Source of the DNA: Chiloscyllium plagiosum
Lineage: Eukaryota
Length of the DNA stretch: 63,681 nt
NCBI RefSeq assembly: GCF_004010195.1
Contig: NC_057718.1
Location: 65,969,089 to 66,032,769, forward strand
Reading direction: 5' to 3'
The notes under the pieces were generated by a model, which saw only the letters and a program-made list of their open reading frames with translations, made no database searches and was not told where the DNA came from. Shown here in pieces: positions 39,062 to 49,737 of this stretch. Made by a program: the position numbers and the translations under genes. The stretch's first letter is position 1. Each line of letters opens with the position of its first letter.

Positions 39062-40507
39062 GTAGCCATCTAGTAACTTTAGCTTAAAATAACATATATA
39101 TCATTCAGAAGTAATACAGAAATAGTTTTGGGATTGAATAATATGTATATTATGTGGACGATCAATCCCATACAATTTATCGTTTGATAAAGCAGTCATG
39201 CAGAACAGATGTTATGAAAACATAGTTCACAGTGAAAGCACTGGAACCACAGCCTTAATCATGTATTAATATTTCAACTTTAAGTGAACACTGAGAATCT
39301 TTGGATTAGATCTACTTTGTCCCATGATCCTCCTTGTATCAATCTACCTGTTACTTAGATAAAATGTATGCCCCAACAATGACTGTTCCATTGTTACTTT
39401 GCTTGAGGCTAAACATATGACCATTCTGATTAATATTTGTGCTGGACTATGCTGGTAGACTGTAGAATTTTTGAAAAGTTCTTTTTCATGGTAAAATTGT
39501 TAAGAACATAACTGTTTCCATTGTTTTTGTTTTTGAGCACTTTGAATGTTCTTTAGAAAAATATGACTTGAAAAACTCCATCAATTTTTGTTGTAAATGC
39601 TACTGCCAGTGATCAAATTAGGAATGGCATAATAGAACAGTTGATGTCAGTGTTGATGGGGAGCTAGAAATGGACCCACATTTCTGGTTGGCAATTTCCT
39701 CAGAAATTAAACTCTGAACTTATAGCTTGTTTTCTGTAGCAATTAATAATTCTTTAATACAGAACTTAAGTATTGCTGAAAATAGAAATATTTTCCAAGT
39801 TGTTTCTCACACTTATCAGGACAAATGCAAGAATGCCCAAATTTCAGTGTACACTACATGTGAAAAGTGTGTCAATTGTTTGGTGAGTCGACTGTGGTCA
39901 TAGCATTGCCATAGAAAAGCAGTAGGGAACTATAGTCTTCCCAAACTCGAGGTATCTCATAGAAGCTGCTAGGCTTTAATATTTTCCTGTTGGTTGCAGG
40001 AATTGTGTCCCTGCATTTGAATAAGCCAAGTTGAGCTTGACTGATTATTTTAAATTGGTTGTTAGTGTGGCTATTCGCACACTCACCGAATCAAATTGAA
40101 TTGTAGATGTTTTGTTGTAAACTGTTTGCATATGTCTGTAGTCTGCCTGTTACAAAGTACTGAAGGAGCATGCTGTTTGGTGCGATCAATTGTTAGGACA
40201 TAAAGTATAAGAATCCAGAAACATTACAGTGCATTGGAGGCTATTCAGTCCATTTTGCTTAGTATTACACTCCAAGTGAAATTAATGCATAATGTTGATT
40301 TTTTTTGATTGGGAGAATGCCATTTTAGTCTGAAGGCAGCACGTTTGTTAGCAAATGATTCTCGCAAATTTGAACGATAATTCAAGCAATCCATTTCAGC
40401 CTGCAGCAACACTGTGTGGGTGGCACTTTTCACCAACTGGACTTATTTTGAGATTGCATCCAAAGTAGAAAGTTGGGAAATGACTAAGCATGTGGCTTAT
40501 ATTCATA

Positions 40508-41845
40508 AGATGATAAGATAGAGGAGCAGAATTAGACCATTCAGCCCTTTGTGCCTACTCCGCCATTTGATCATGACTGTTATGTTTCTCAACCCACTTC
40601 TCCTGCCTTCTCCTCATAACACTTGATCCCCTGACCAATCAAGATCTACCTATCACTGTCTTAAATACACTTAGTGACTTGGCCTCCATAGCCTCTTGTG
40701 GCAATGAGTTCCACAAATTAATCACTATCTAGCTAGATAATTTCCTCCTCATCTCCGTTCTAAAGGGTCATACCTTCACTCTGTGGCTCTGCCCTCGAAT
40801 CTACTCTCTCTTCCTAGCAAACATCATCTCCACATCCACTCTATCAGCATTTTGTAAATTTCAGTGATTACCACCTCTCATCAAGACCCAAAGACCTCAC
40901 CTCTTCATTAGCAGGATCATTGTAAACCTCCTCTGGCACCCCTCCAACCACAGCACATCCTTCCTTAGATGTGGGGCCCTAAAACTGCTCACAGTGTTCC
41001 AAATGCAAACTGTCCAGAGTCTTATAGAGCCTCATCAGTAAATCTCTGCTCTTGTATTCTAGCCCTCTTTAACTCAATGCTAACATTTCATTTACCTTCA
41101 CAACTGTCAACTAAACCTCCATGTTAACCGTAAGAGAAATTTGAACTAGGCTGCTAAGTCCCTTTGTGGTTCAGGTTATCAAAGCCTTTTCCCATTAAGA
41201 AAATATACTGTGCTTTTATTCTCCCTACCAAAATGCACAACCTCTCACTCCCCCATGTTGTATTCTATCTGCCACTTTGCCAATTTCCTAGCCTGTCCCA
41301 ATTCTTTGTGCAGCCCTTCCTACCTCCTCAACGCTACCAGTCTCTCCTCCTATCTTTCTGACATCTGTAACTTAGCAACAATGCCTTTGGTTCCTTCATC
41401 CAGATCATTAATGTATAATGTGAATAGTTGTGGTCCAACACTAACCCAGTGGAACTCTGCTTTTCACTGGCTGCGGTCCTGCAAAAGACCCTTTTATTAC
41501 ATTCTGTGCCTTCTGCCAGTCAGCCAATCCTCTATCCATACTACTACCTTGGCCCCTAACACAGTGGGCTTTGATCTTATTTAGCAGCCTTCTGTGTGAC
41601 CCATTGTCAAAGGCTGTTGTGGAAATCCAAAATGAGTGCATTCACTGGTTCTCCTTTGTCTAGCTTGCTCATTACCTCCTCGAAGAATTTTAACCGGTTT
41701 GTCAGGCATGATTCCCATTGACAAAACCTTTCTGACTCAGCACTATTTTATCATGCATTTCCAAGCACTACATAATCTCATCCTTAATAATGGACTGTCA
41801 AAATCTTATCAATGGCCATGGTCTGGCTGACCGCCCTATAATTTT
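40508..41845 (-). mobile_element. CR1-clade LINE RT plus 3' fragment
   Basis: AFD..SHRRLLNKIKAH.VRG motif on the minus strand, with a cataagat/gataagat tail. Confidence 0.8.
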
Positions 41846-41982
41846 CTGTCTTCTGACAGGCAGTGTTGGTAAAGAGAATCTGGATGTGCTGCATTTCTAG
41901 AAAGCATTTGATAAGAAACTACAGGAAAGAAAATTGGAGCTCATGGTGTAAGAGATAACATAATTGCATGGATAGATATTTT

Positions 41983-42097
41983 AAGATTAGAGTGGTGCTG
42001 GAAAAGGAGGAGCAGAATGCTGCCTGACCTCTGTGCTTTTCCAGCACCACTCTAATCTTGACTCTGATCTCCAGCATCTGCAGTCCTCACTTTCGCC
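41983..42097. mobile_element. Fold-back mini-element with deleted centre, inserted in a CR1 fragment
   Basis: aagattagagtggtgctggaaaag and cttttccagcaccactctaatctt are perfectly inverted. Imperfect direct repeat tagatattt/tagaaattt. Confidence 0.8.
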
Positions 42098-43757
42098 TAG
42101 AAATTTAGTTAGTTGACAGGAAAACAAAGTTGGCATAAATAAATAATTTTCAGATTGACACATTTGAGTACCACTGAGATCCATGCTGGGTCTTAACTAT
42201 TTACATTCTACGTTAATGATTTGGATAAAAGAATTTTTGGATATATGATTGCAAAATTGCTGAAGATGCATTAATAGGTCAGAAGGTAAGTTGGGAAGAA
42301 GTCATAAGAAATCTACAAAGGGATGGTTAAGTGAGTGGACAGAAAATTGGCAAAAGGAATATAATGAAAGTAAATGTATGTATGATCACTTTGAAAGGAA
42401 GAATAGAAAGAATATTATTTAAATGTGGGCGAATTGCAGAGCTCTGAGGTGCAGGGGGATCAGGGTATCCAGATATACGCACCACTAAAAGTTGGCATGC
42501 AGGTACAGCAAGTGATTAAGAAGTCGAATGGAATACTGCTTATTGCAAGTGGAATTGAATACAAGTGTAGGCAGTTTAATTGTAATTATATAGAGTATAA
42601 TGGATTGAAAATTGGTTGGCTGATAGGAAACAAAGGGTAGTGATAAACGGCTCCATTTCAGAATGGCAGGCAGTGACCAATGAGGTACCGCAGGGATCCG
42701 TGCTGGGACCGCAGCTTTTTACAATATATGTTAATGATATAGAAGATGGTATCAGCATAACATTAGCAAATTTGCTGATGATACAAAACTGGGTGGCAGG
42801 GTGAAATGTGATGAGGATGTTAGGAGATTATAGGGTGACCTGGACAAGTTAGGTGAGTGGGCAGATGCATGGCAGATAAATGTATGGTTATCCACTTTGG
42901 TGGCAAGAACAGGAAGGCAGATTACTACGTCAATGGAATCAATTTAGGTAAAGGGGCAGTACAGAGAGATCTGGGTGTTCTTGTACACCAGTCAATGAAG
43001 GTAAGCATGCAGGTACAGCAGGTAGTGAAGAAGGCTAATAGCATGCTGGCCTTCATAACAAAGGAATTGAGTATAGAAGCAAAGAGGTGCTTCTGCAGCT
43101 GTACAGGGCCCTGGTGAGACCACACCTGGAGTACTGCGTGCAGTTCTGGTCTCCAAATTTGAGGAAAGACATTCTGGCTATTGAGGGAGTGCAGCGTAGG
43201 TTCACGAGGTCAATTCCTGGAATGGCGGGATTACCTTACACTGAAAGACTGGAGCGACTGGGCTTGTACACCCTTGAGTTTAGAAGACTGTGAGGGGATC
43301 TGATTGAGACATATAAGATTATTAAAGGATTGGACACTCTGGAGGCAGGAAACATGTTTCCGCTGATGGGTGAGTGCTGAACCAGAGGACACAGCTTAAA
43401 AATACAGGGTAGACCATTTAGGACAGAGATGAGGAGAAACGTCTTCACCCAGAGAGTGGTGGCTGTGTGGAATGCTCTGTCCCAGAGGGCAGTGGAGGCC
43501 CAGTCTCTGGATTCATTTAAGAAAGAGTTGGATAGAGCTCTCAAGGATAGTGGAATCAAGGGTTATGGAGAAAAGGCAGGAGCAGGATACTGATTAGGAA
43601 TGATTAGCCATGATCATGTTGAATGGCGGTGCAGGCTCGAAGGGCAGAATGGCCTACTCCTGCACCTATTGTCTATTGTCATAGTACTGGTGAGGGCACA
43701 TCTGGATGATCTACAGTTTTGGCTTGCTTGTTTAGGAATGAATGTAAATACATTATC

Positions 43758-44070
43758 ATGGCATGCTGGCTCAGTGATTAGTGCTGCTGCCTCAGTGCCA
43801 GGGGCCCAGGTTTGATTCCAGCCTCTGGCGATTATCGGTGTGGAGTTTCCCAATTCTCCCCGTGTCTACGTGGGTTACCTCTGGGTGCTTCAATTTCCTC
43901 CCACAATTGAAAGATGTGCAGGTTAGGTGAATTGGCCATGCTTAATTGCTCATCGTGTTCAGGGATGTATGGGTTAGGGGTAAATGTAGAGTAATAGGGT
44001 AGGAGAATGGTTCTGGGTGGGGTACTCTTCATAGGGTCAGTGTGGACTTCCCACACTGTAGGGGTTCTGT
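43758..44070 (+). mobile_element. V-SINE inserted in an old CR1
   Basis: tggctcagtgattag head and V-domain. Confidence 0.82.
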
Positions 44071-45768
44071 GATGATTCTATTTTCCAATTCAAAGAAGGT
44101 TCACTCAGCTGACACCTGGAAAGTTGAGGTTATTTTATGATGAAAGATTAATTAGTCGGGGCCTATATCCATCAGAAATTAGAAGAATAACAGGTGATCT
44201 TAATGAACAGTGCAAGATCCTGAGAGAACTTTATAAGGTGGGTACAAAAAGGATGTTTTGCCTTGTGGGAGAGTTTAGAATGCAAGGAGATGATTGAAAA
44301 ATTGCACTCCTTCACTGAAGACAGGAAAAGAATCCTCTTCTCAGAGCGTTGTGTGTGTCTGGAGCACTGTTCCGCAGAGCATGGCAGAGGTAGCTTTGTT
44401 CAATACTTCGAAGGTTGAGGTAATTATATTTTTGACTAACAAGGGAGTCAAAGATTATAGCATATTCTCATAAATGTGGAGAAGTCAGGTTAACCAAGAT
44501 CTTGTTGAATGGAGAGTGTATGTGAGGGGTTAATTCCTGCTTCTCATTTACAACTTGTTCGGATCACATCTTGTCCATTATGATATTGCCAACATTCAAT
44601 GCTGAAATGGAAGTTCCACTGTCTATTCAGCTTTGTTCAACCATTGGATTTTTCTCCAAATGAGTCCTTCAAGGATAGCATGAAAATAAAAATGGAATGA
44701 CTGATCAAATGGAGAAACATACCAGCTTTGGTGGCAATCATGTGTGAATGGGTTGTGGAGGCCGAGAATGAAATCAGATCCGAAATTTTTTTATCAAATC
44801 TTAGGAATAATAATATGGCATATCAAATGTACTTGATTGAACTGTAGATTATTTCTGTAATAAATAATAAATGCAGTGCCTCACATTTGTGTAAATTAAC
44901 TCTACCTGCCACTTCTCGGCTAATTGGTCCATCTGATCAAGATTCCTTTGTACGTAGAGGTAACCTTCTTTGCTGTCCACTACATCTCCAATTTTGGTGT
45001 CATCTGCAAACTTACTATCTATACCTCCAATGTTCACATCCAAATCATTTATGTAAATGACGAAAAGCAGTGGTCCCAGCTCCGCTCCTTCTGGCATACC
45101 ACTGGTCACAGGCCTCCGGACTAAAATGCAACCCTGTATCACCATCCTCCGTCTTCTACCTCCGAACCTGTTCTGTATCCAAATGCCTAGTGACCTAATC
45201 TTGCTAACCAGTCTATCATGAGGAACCTTATCGAATGCCTTACTGAAGTCCGCATCGATCACATCCACTGTTCTGCCCTCATCAATCCTCTTCGAGACTA
45301 CTTCAAAAAACGAATCAAGTTAGTAAGACATGATTTCCCACGCACAAAGTCATCTTGGCGTCACTAATCAGTCCTTGCCTTTCCAAATACATGTAAATCC
45401 TGTCCCCTCAGGATTCCCTCCGACAACCTACCCACAAGTGATATCAGGATAATGGGTCTATCGTTCCCTGATTTTTATCACCTTTCTTAAAGACTGCCAC
45501 CATATTAGCCAACCTCCAATCTTCCGGCACTTCACCTCTGACTATCGATGTTATAAATATCTCAGCAAGGGGCTCAGCAATCACTTTTCTAGCTTCCCAG
45601 TGACTTTTGAGATACACCTGATCAGGTTCGGGGGTTTTAACCATCTTTTTGCGTTTCAAGACATGCAACACTACCTCTTCTGTAATATGGATATTTTTCA
45701 AGATGTCACCATCAATTTCCTCACATTCTCTATTTTCCATGTCCTTTTCCACCATAAACACCTGATGC

Positions 45769-46133
45769 AGGACGGCACAATGGCTCAGTAGTTAGCACTG
45801 CTACCTCACAGTGCCAGGGACCCAGCTTCGATTCCAGCCTCAGGCAATTGCCTGTGTGACGTTTGCACAATCTCCCATGTCTGCGTGGGTTTCCATCGGT
45901 GCTCCGGTTTCCTTCCACAGTCCAAAGATGTGTAGGTTAGGTGAATTGGCCATGCTAAATTGCCCATTGTGCTCAGAGATGTGTAGATTAGGTGAATTAG
46001 TCTGGGGAAATGTAGAGTAATGGGATAGGGGAATGGGTCTGGGTTGGTTACTTTTTGGAGGGTTGGTGTGGCGTTGTTGGGCCAAAAGGCCTGTTTCCAT
46101 TGTTTCCCTGTTTCCACTGTAGAGGTTCTATGA
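45769..46133 (+). mobile_element. V-SINE inserted in the long CR1
   Basis: Head ggacggcacaatggctcagtagttagc, B box gcttcgattcc, V-domain and tail. Confidence 0.88.
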
Positions 46134-47078
46134 TGAAAATACTCATTTAGTATCTCCCCATCTCCTGTATTTCACACAGGGTGCTTTGCTGATCTTTTGA
46201 GGAGCCCTATTCTCTCCCCAGTTACCCTTTTTTCTTTAATGTATTTATAAAATCCCTTTCTCCTTAACCCTGTTTTTCAAAGCTATCTCATGTCCCATTT
46301 TTGTCCTCCTGATTTCCCTCCAGTATGCTCCTCCTGCTTTTATACACTTCTGAGGATTCATTCGATCTCTACTATCGATACCTGACACATGCTTGATTAA
46401 AACCTCAGTTTCTGTAGTCATTCAGCATTCCCTACACTTGTCAGACTTGCCTTTCACCCTAACAGAAACATACTGTCCCTGGACACTCTCCCTCATTTTT
46501 GAAGGCTTCCAATTTTCCAGTCATCCATTTCCCTGCGAACAGCTGCCCCCAATCAACTTTGAAAGTTCTTGCCTAAGACTGTCAAAATTGGCCTTTGTCC
46601 AATTTCGAACTTTAACTTTTAGATTAGGTCTTTCCTTTTCCATTACTCTTTTAAAAGTAATAAAAAATGTTCTTGGACACACCTGATAAATACCTCTCTA
46701 TTTAACCCCAAATGTTGGTTTGTGTGCCGTTATGAGTCCTAGGGGTCGCAGTAGTCTGGCTCAGTTCTGAGATGCTCCTGATGTATGGTAGTGTGGCTAG
46801 TCCTTTTGGTTGTGGTATGTCCTCGTTCCGTGGTCTTTCTCTTAGGCATCTGTTGATGAAGTTGCCCCAACACACACAAACGAAGCTGCATCAGGACACT
46901 ATTCAAAAGGGCCACAACACACTGCAGTACACCAGAACTGCAAAAAGAAGAAGAGGAACACCTATACAAGGTATTCGCCAAAAACGGATACCCGCGCAAC
47001 CTCATCAACAGATGCCTAAGAAAAAGACCACGGAACAAGGACATACCACAACCAAAAGGACTAGCCACACGACCATAC

Positions 47079-47625
47079 NNNNNNNNNNNNNNNNNNNNNN
47101 NNNNNNNNNNNNNNNNNNNNNNNNNNNNNNNNNNNNNNNNNNNNNNNNNNNNNNNNNNNNNNNNNNNNNNNNNNNNNNNNNNNNNNNNNNNNNNNNNNNN
47201 NNNNNNNNNNNNNNNNNNNNNNNNNNNNNNNNNNNNNNNNNNNNNNNNNNNNNNNNNNNNNNNNNNNNNNNNNNNNNNNNNNNNNNNNNNNNNNNNNNNN
47301 NNNNNNNNNNNNNNNNNNNNNNNNNNNNNNNNNNNNNNNNNNNNNNNNNNNNNNNNNNNNNNNNNNNNNNNNNNNNNNNNNNNNNNNNNNNNNNNNNNNN
47401 NNNNNNNNNNNNNNNNNNNNNNNNNNNNNNNNNNNNNNNNNNNNNNNNNNNNNNNNNNNNNNNNNNNNNNNNNNNNNNNNNNNNNNNNNNNNNNNNNNNN
47501 NNNNNNNNNNNNNNNNNNNNNNNNNNNNNNNNNNNNNNNNNNNNNNNNNNNNNNNNNNNNNNNNNNNNNNNNNNNNNNNNNNNNNNNNNNNNNNNNNNNN
47601 NNNNNNNNNNNNNNNNNNNNNNNNN
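47079..47625. other. Assembly gap (N run) inside a fold-back PLE
   Basis: Run of N. Confidence 1.
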
Positions 47626-47948
47626 GTTGTCCGCTGTAGTGGTTGGTATATTGGGTCCAGGTCGATGTGTTTGTTGATGGAGTTTGTGGATGAATGCCAT
47701 GCCTCTCGGAATTCATGAATTCGACTGGGACAACACTACTATCATAGGGCAAGCCAGACAGAGAACAGCCAGGGAATTCCTAGAGGCATGGCATTCATCC
47801 ACAAACTCCATCAACAAACACATCGACCTGGACCCAATATACCAACCACTACAGCGGACAGCTGAAACTGACAACCGGAAGCGGCAGGGACAGACCACTA
47901 TAAACACCGGAGGAAACATCAAAGAAGCGCTTCGCAGGAGGCTCCCAA

Positions 47949-47988
47949 GCACTGATGATGTCGCCTAGCCAGGGGACGAAACGTTTGC
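47949..47988 (+). ncRNA. Minimal type I hammerhead ribozyme motif, sense to SCAF8
   Basis: GCA-CUGAUGA-U-GUCgCCU(AGCC)AGGgGAC-GAAA-C-GUU-UGC. Intact core, stem I GCA/UGC, stem II 6 of 7 pairs, predicted cleavage after 47985. Confidence 0.8.
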
Positions 47989-49388
47989 AACAAAAACTTC
48001 CAGCTCGCCGAACAGAACCACGACAACGAGCACCCAGGCTACAAATCTTCGCACAAACTTTGAAGGTGATCATCCCTTTCTTATTTCTCAGTTTCACCCA
48101 AATAACATCTCTGAACGTATTCTCAGGAGTACCTTCCCTAAGTACAGCTGCAATTTTATCCCTTATTAGCAACCACCCCGCCCCAATCCTCCTGCAGCAT
48201 TTGTATTCTGGAACATCAAGCTGCCAGCCTAAAACATCCCTGAGCCACATCTCTGTAATTGCTATGATATTCTAGTTCCATGTTCTTGACTATGCCCCGA
48301 GTTCATTTGCCTTCCCTGTTCGCACTCTTGCATCGAAATAAATGTAGTTTAATTAATCTACTTTGTTCTTGCCTCCCCTGACTGTTTGACTTGCTGTTTT
48401 TCCCAACTGTACCAGTCTCAGGCTGACCTGTTTCCTCTCTATCTTTCATACTGGATTAAATCCTCCTGAGCAGCTCTAGCAAATCTCCCTACCAGTATCT
48501 TTGTCGACTTCCAAATCAGATGCAATCCATCCTCCTTATACAGGCCACTTCTACCCCAAAAGAGATTTCAGTGATCCAAAAGCGTGCACCCTTCTCTCCT
48601 GCACCAACTCCTCAGCCACGCATTCATCTGCTCTATACTCTTTTTGCTACCCTCACTAGTTCGTAGTACTGGAAGTCATGCAGGTATTACTACTGTCGAA
48701 GCTCCTTTTTAAATTCCTGCCTAAATTCCTATCTTCTCCCTTCAAAGTCTCATCCTTTTACTTTCCAATATTTTCATTCCAGTGTGCACAACAACCTCTT
48801 GCTGGTTCCTCTCCTGTTTGGGAATATTCTGCACTCTCTCTGAGATATCCTTGATCCTGGCATCAAGGAAGTATGACACCATTCTTATTTATATCTGCTG
48901 GTTGCAAAAACGTCTGTGTGCGCCTCTGACCAAAGAATCCCCTATCACAATCGATAGCTTGGAATTTGACGTACCTCTTGTTACACTAGAGCCATTCTCG
49001 ATGCCAGAATGTTGGCATTTTCCAAAACTTGTTTTAAAATGGGGATAGCCACAGGAGATTCCTGCCATACCTCTCCTGGAGGTAATTCATCTATTTGATC
49101 GTGTGTGGTTTTTCTCCCTTCCAATAACTGCCATCCGTCATACCTCCTAGCTCCTGTAAATTCCTCATTGCCCCTAACCACTGCTCCAACTGATCCATGC
49201 GATCTGATAGGATTCACAATCAAAGATACTTCCTGCAGTCATAATCATCAGTAACATGGAAACTCTCCCTAATCTCCTACATCTGACAGGATGAGCACAT
49301 CACTATCTTTGCTCCTTAGCAATCTGCAAACCCAGAAAATAGCACCATCTTGCTGCTCTAAAAAACAGTGCTCCAGGCTAACTTAGTA

Positions 49389-49737
49389 CAGGGAGACAAT
49401 CCTTTATCTGAAATTCTGAAATCTGAAAAGTTCCAAAGTCTGAAGGTTTTTTTGTGAAGTTTTTTTTCTCATTAACAAAGCTGTTTGGCATGCAAACCGT
49501 TAACCCAAGTCGACACCTACTTGATGTGTGTCGCTCAGATGCGACGTGTGGGAGTGTGGCCCAGCACTGGCAGGCCTCAATTCTCTCTCGAGGCCTGTTT
49601 TACTGAGTGAATATACTCCTCCGGTAAGATTATTAAAAATGTCACCATCAAACTGGCACTTATTCTGAAATTCAAAAAATTCTGAATTCCGAAAACCAGC
49701 TGGTCCCAAGCATTTCGGATAAAGGATTGTGCACCTG
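49389..49737. mobile_element. Tc1/mariner-pogo (Tigger-like) MITE
   Basis: Terminal inverted repeats cagggagacaatcctttatctgaaat and atttcggataaaggattgtgcacctg. TA on both sides (49387-49388, 49738-49739). No transposase. Confidence 0.85.

Larger units (their letters stand above)
41875..44530 (+). mobile_element. CR1-clade LINE cluster: young copy 42600-43680 nested in an older copy
   Basis: RKQRVVING...VPQGSVLGPQLFTIYVND and [19 protein letters not shown]. Flanking older, decayed CR1 sequence is in the same orientation. Confidence 0.85.
46712..48064 (+). mobile_element. Young Poseidon-type PLE with internal inversions, spanning an assembly gap
   Basis: HEFDWDNTTIIGQARQRTAREFLEAWHS (ORF 47684-47968). 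Thumb region at 46867-47078. Two fold-back junctions. 3' terminus with hammerhead. Confidence 0.85.

Noticed and set aside
4788..42097. Recurring ~100-bp repeat as a CRISPR array or a classical DNA-transposon MITE
   Set aside because: The repeats are dispersed rather than regularly spaced, in a eukaryotic intron. The same sequence forms the 3' end of RT/GIY-YIG elements at 5035, 10722 and 17500, and TSD lengths vary.
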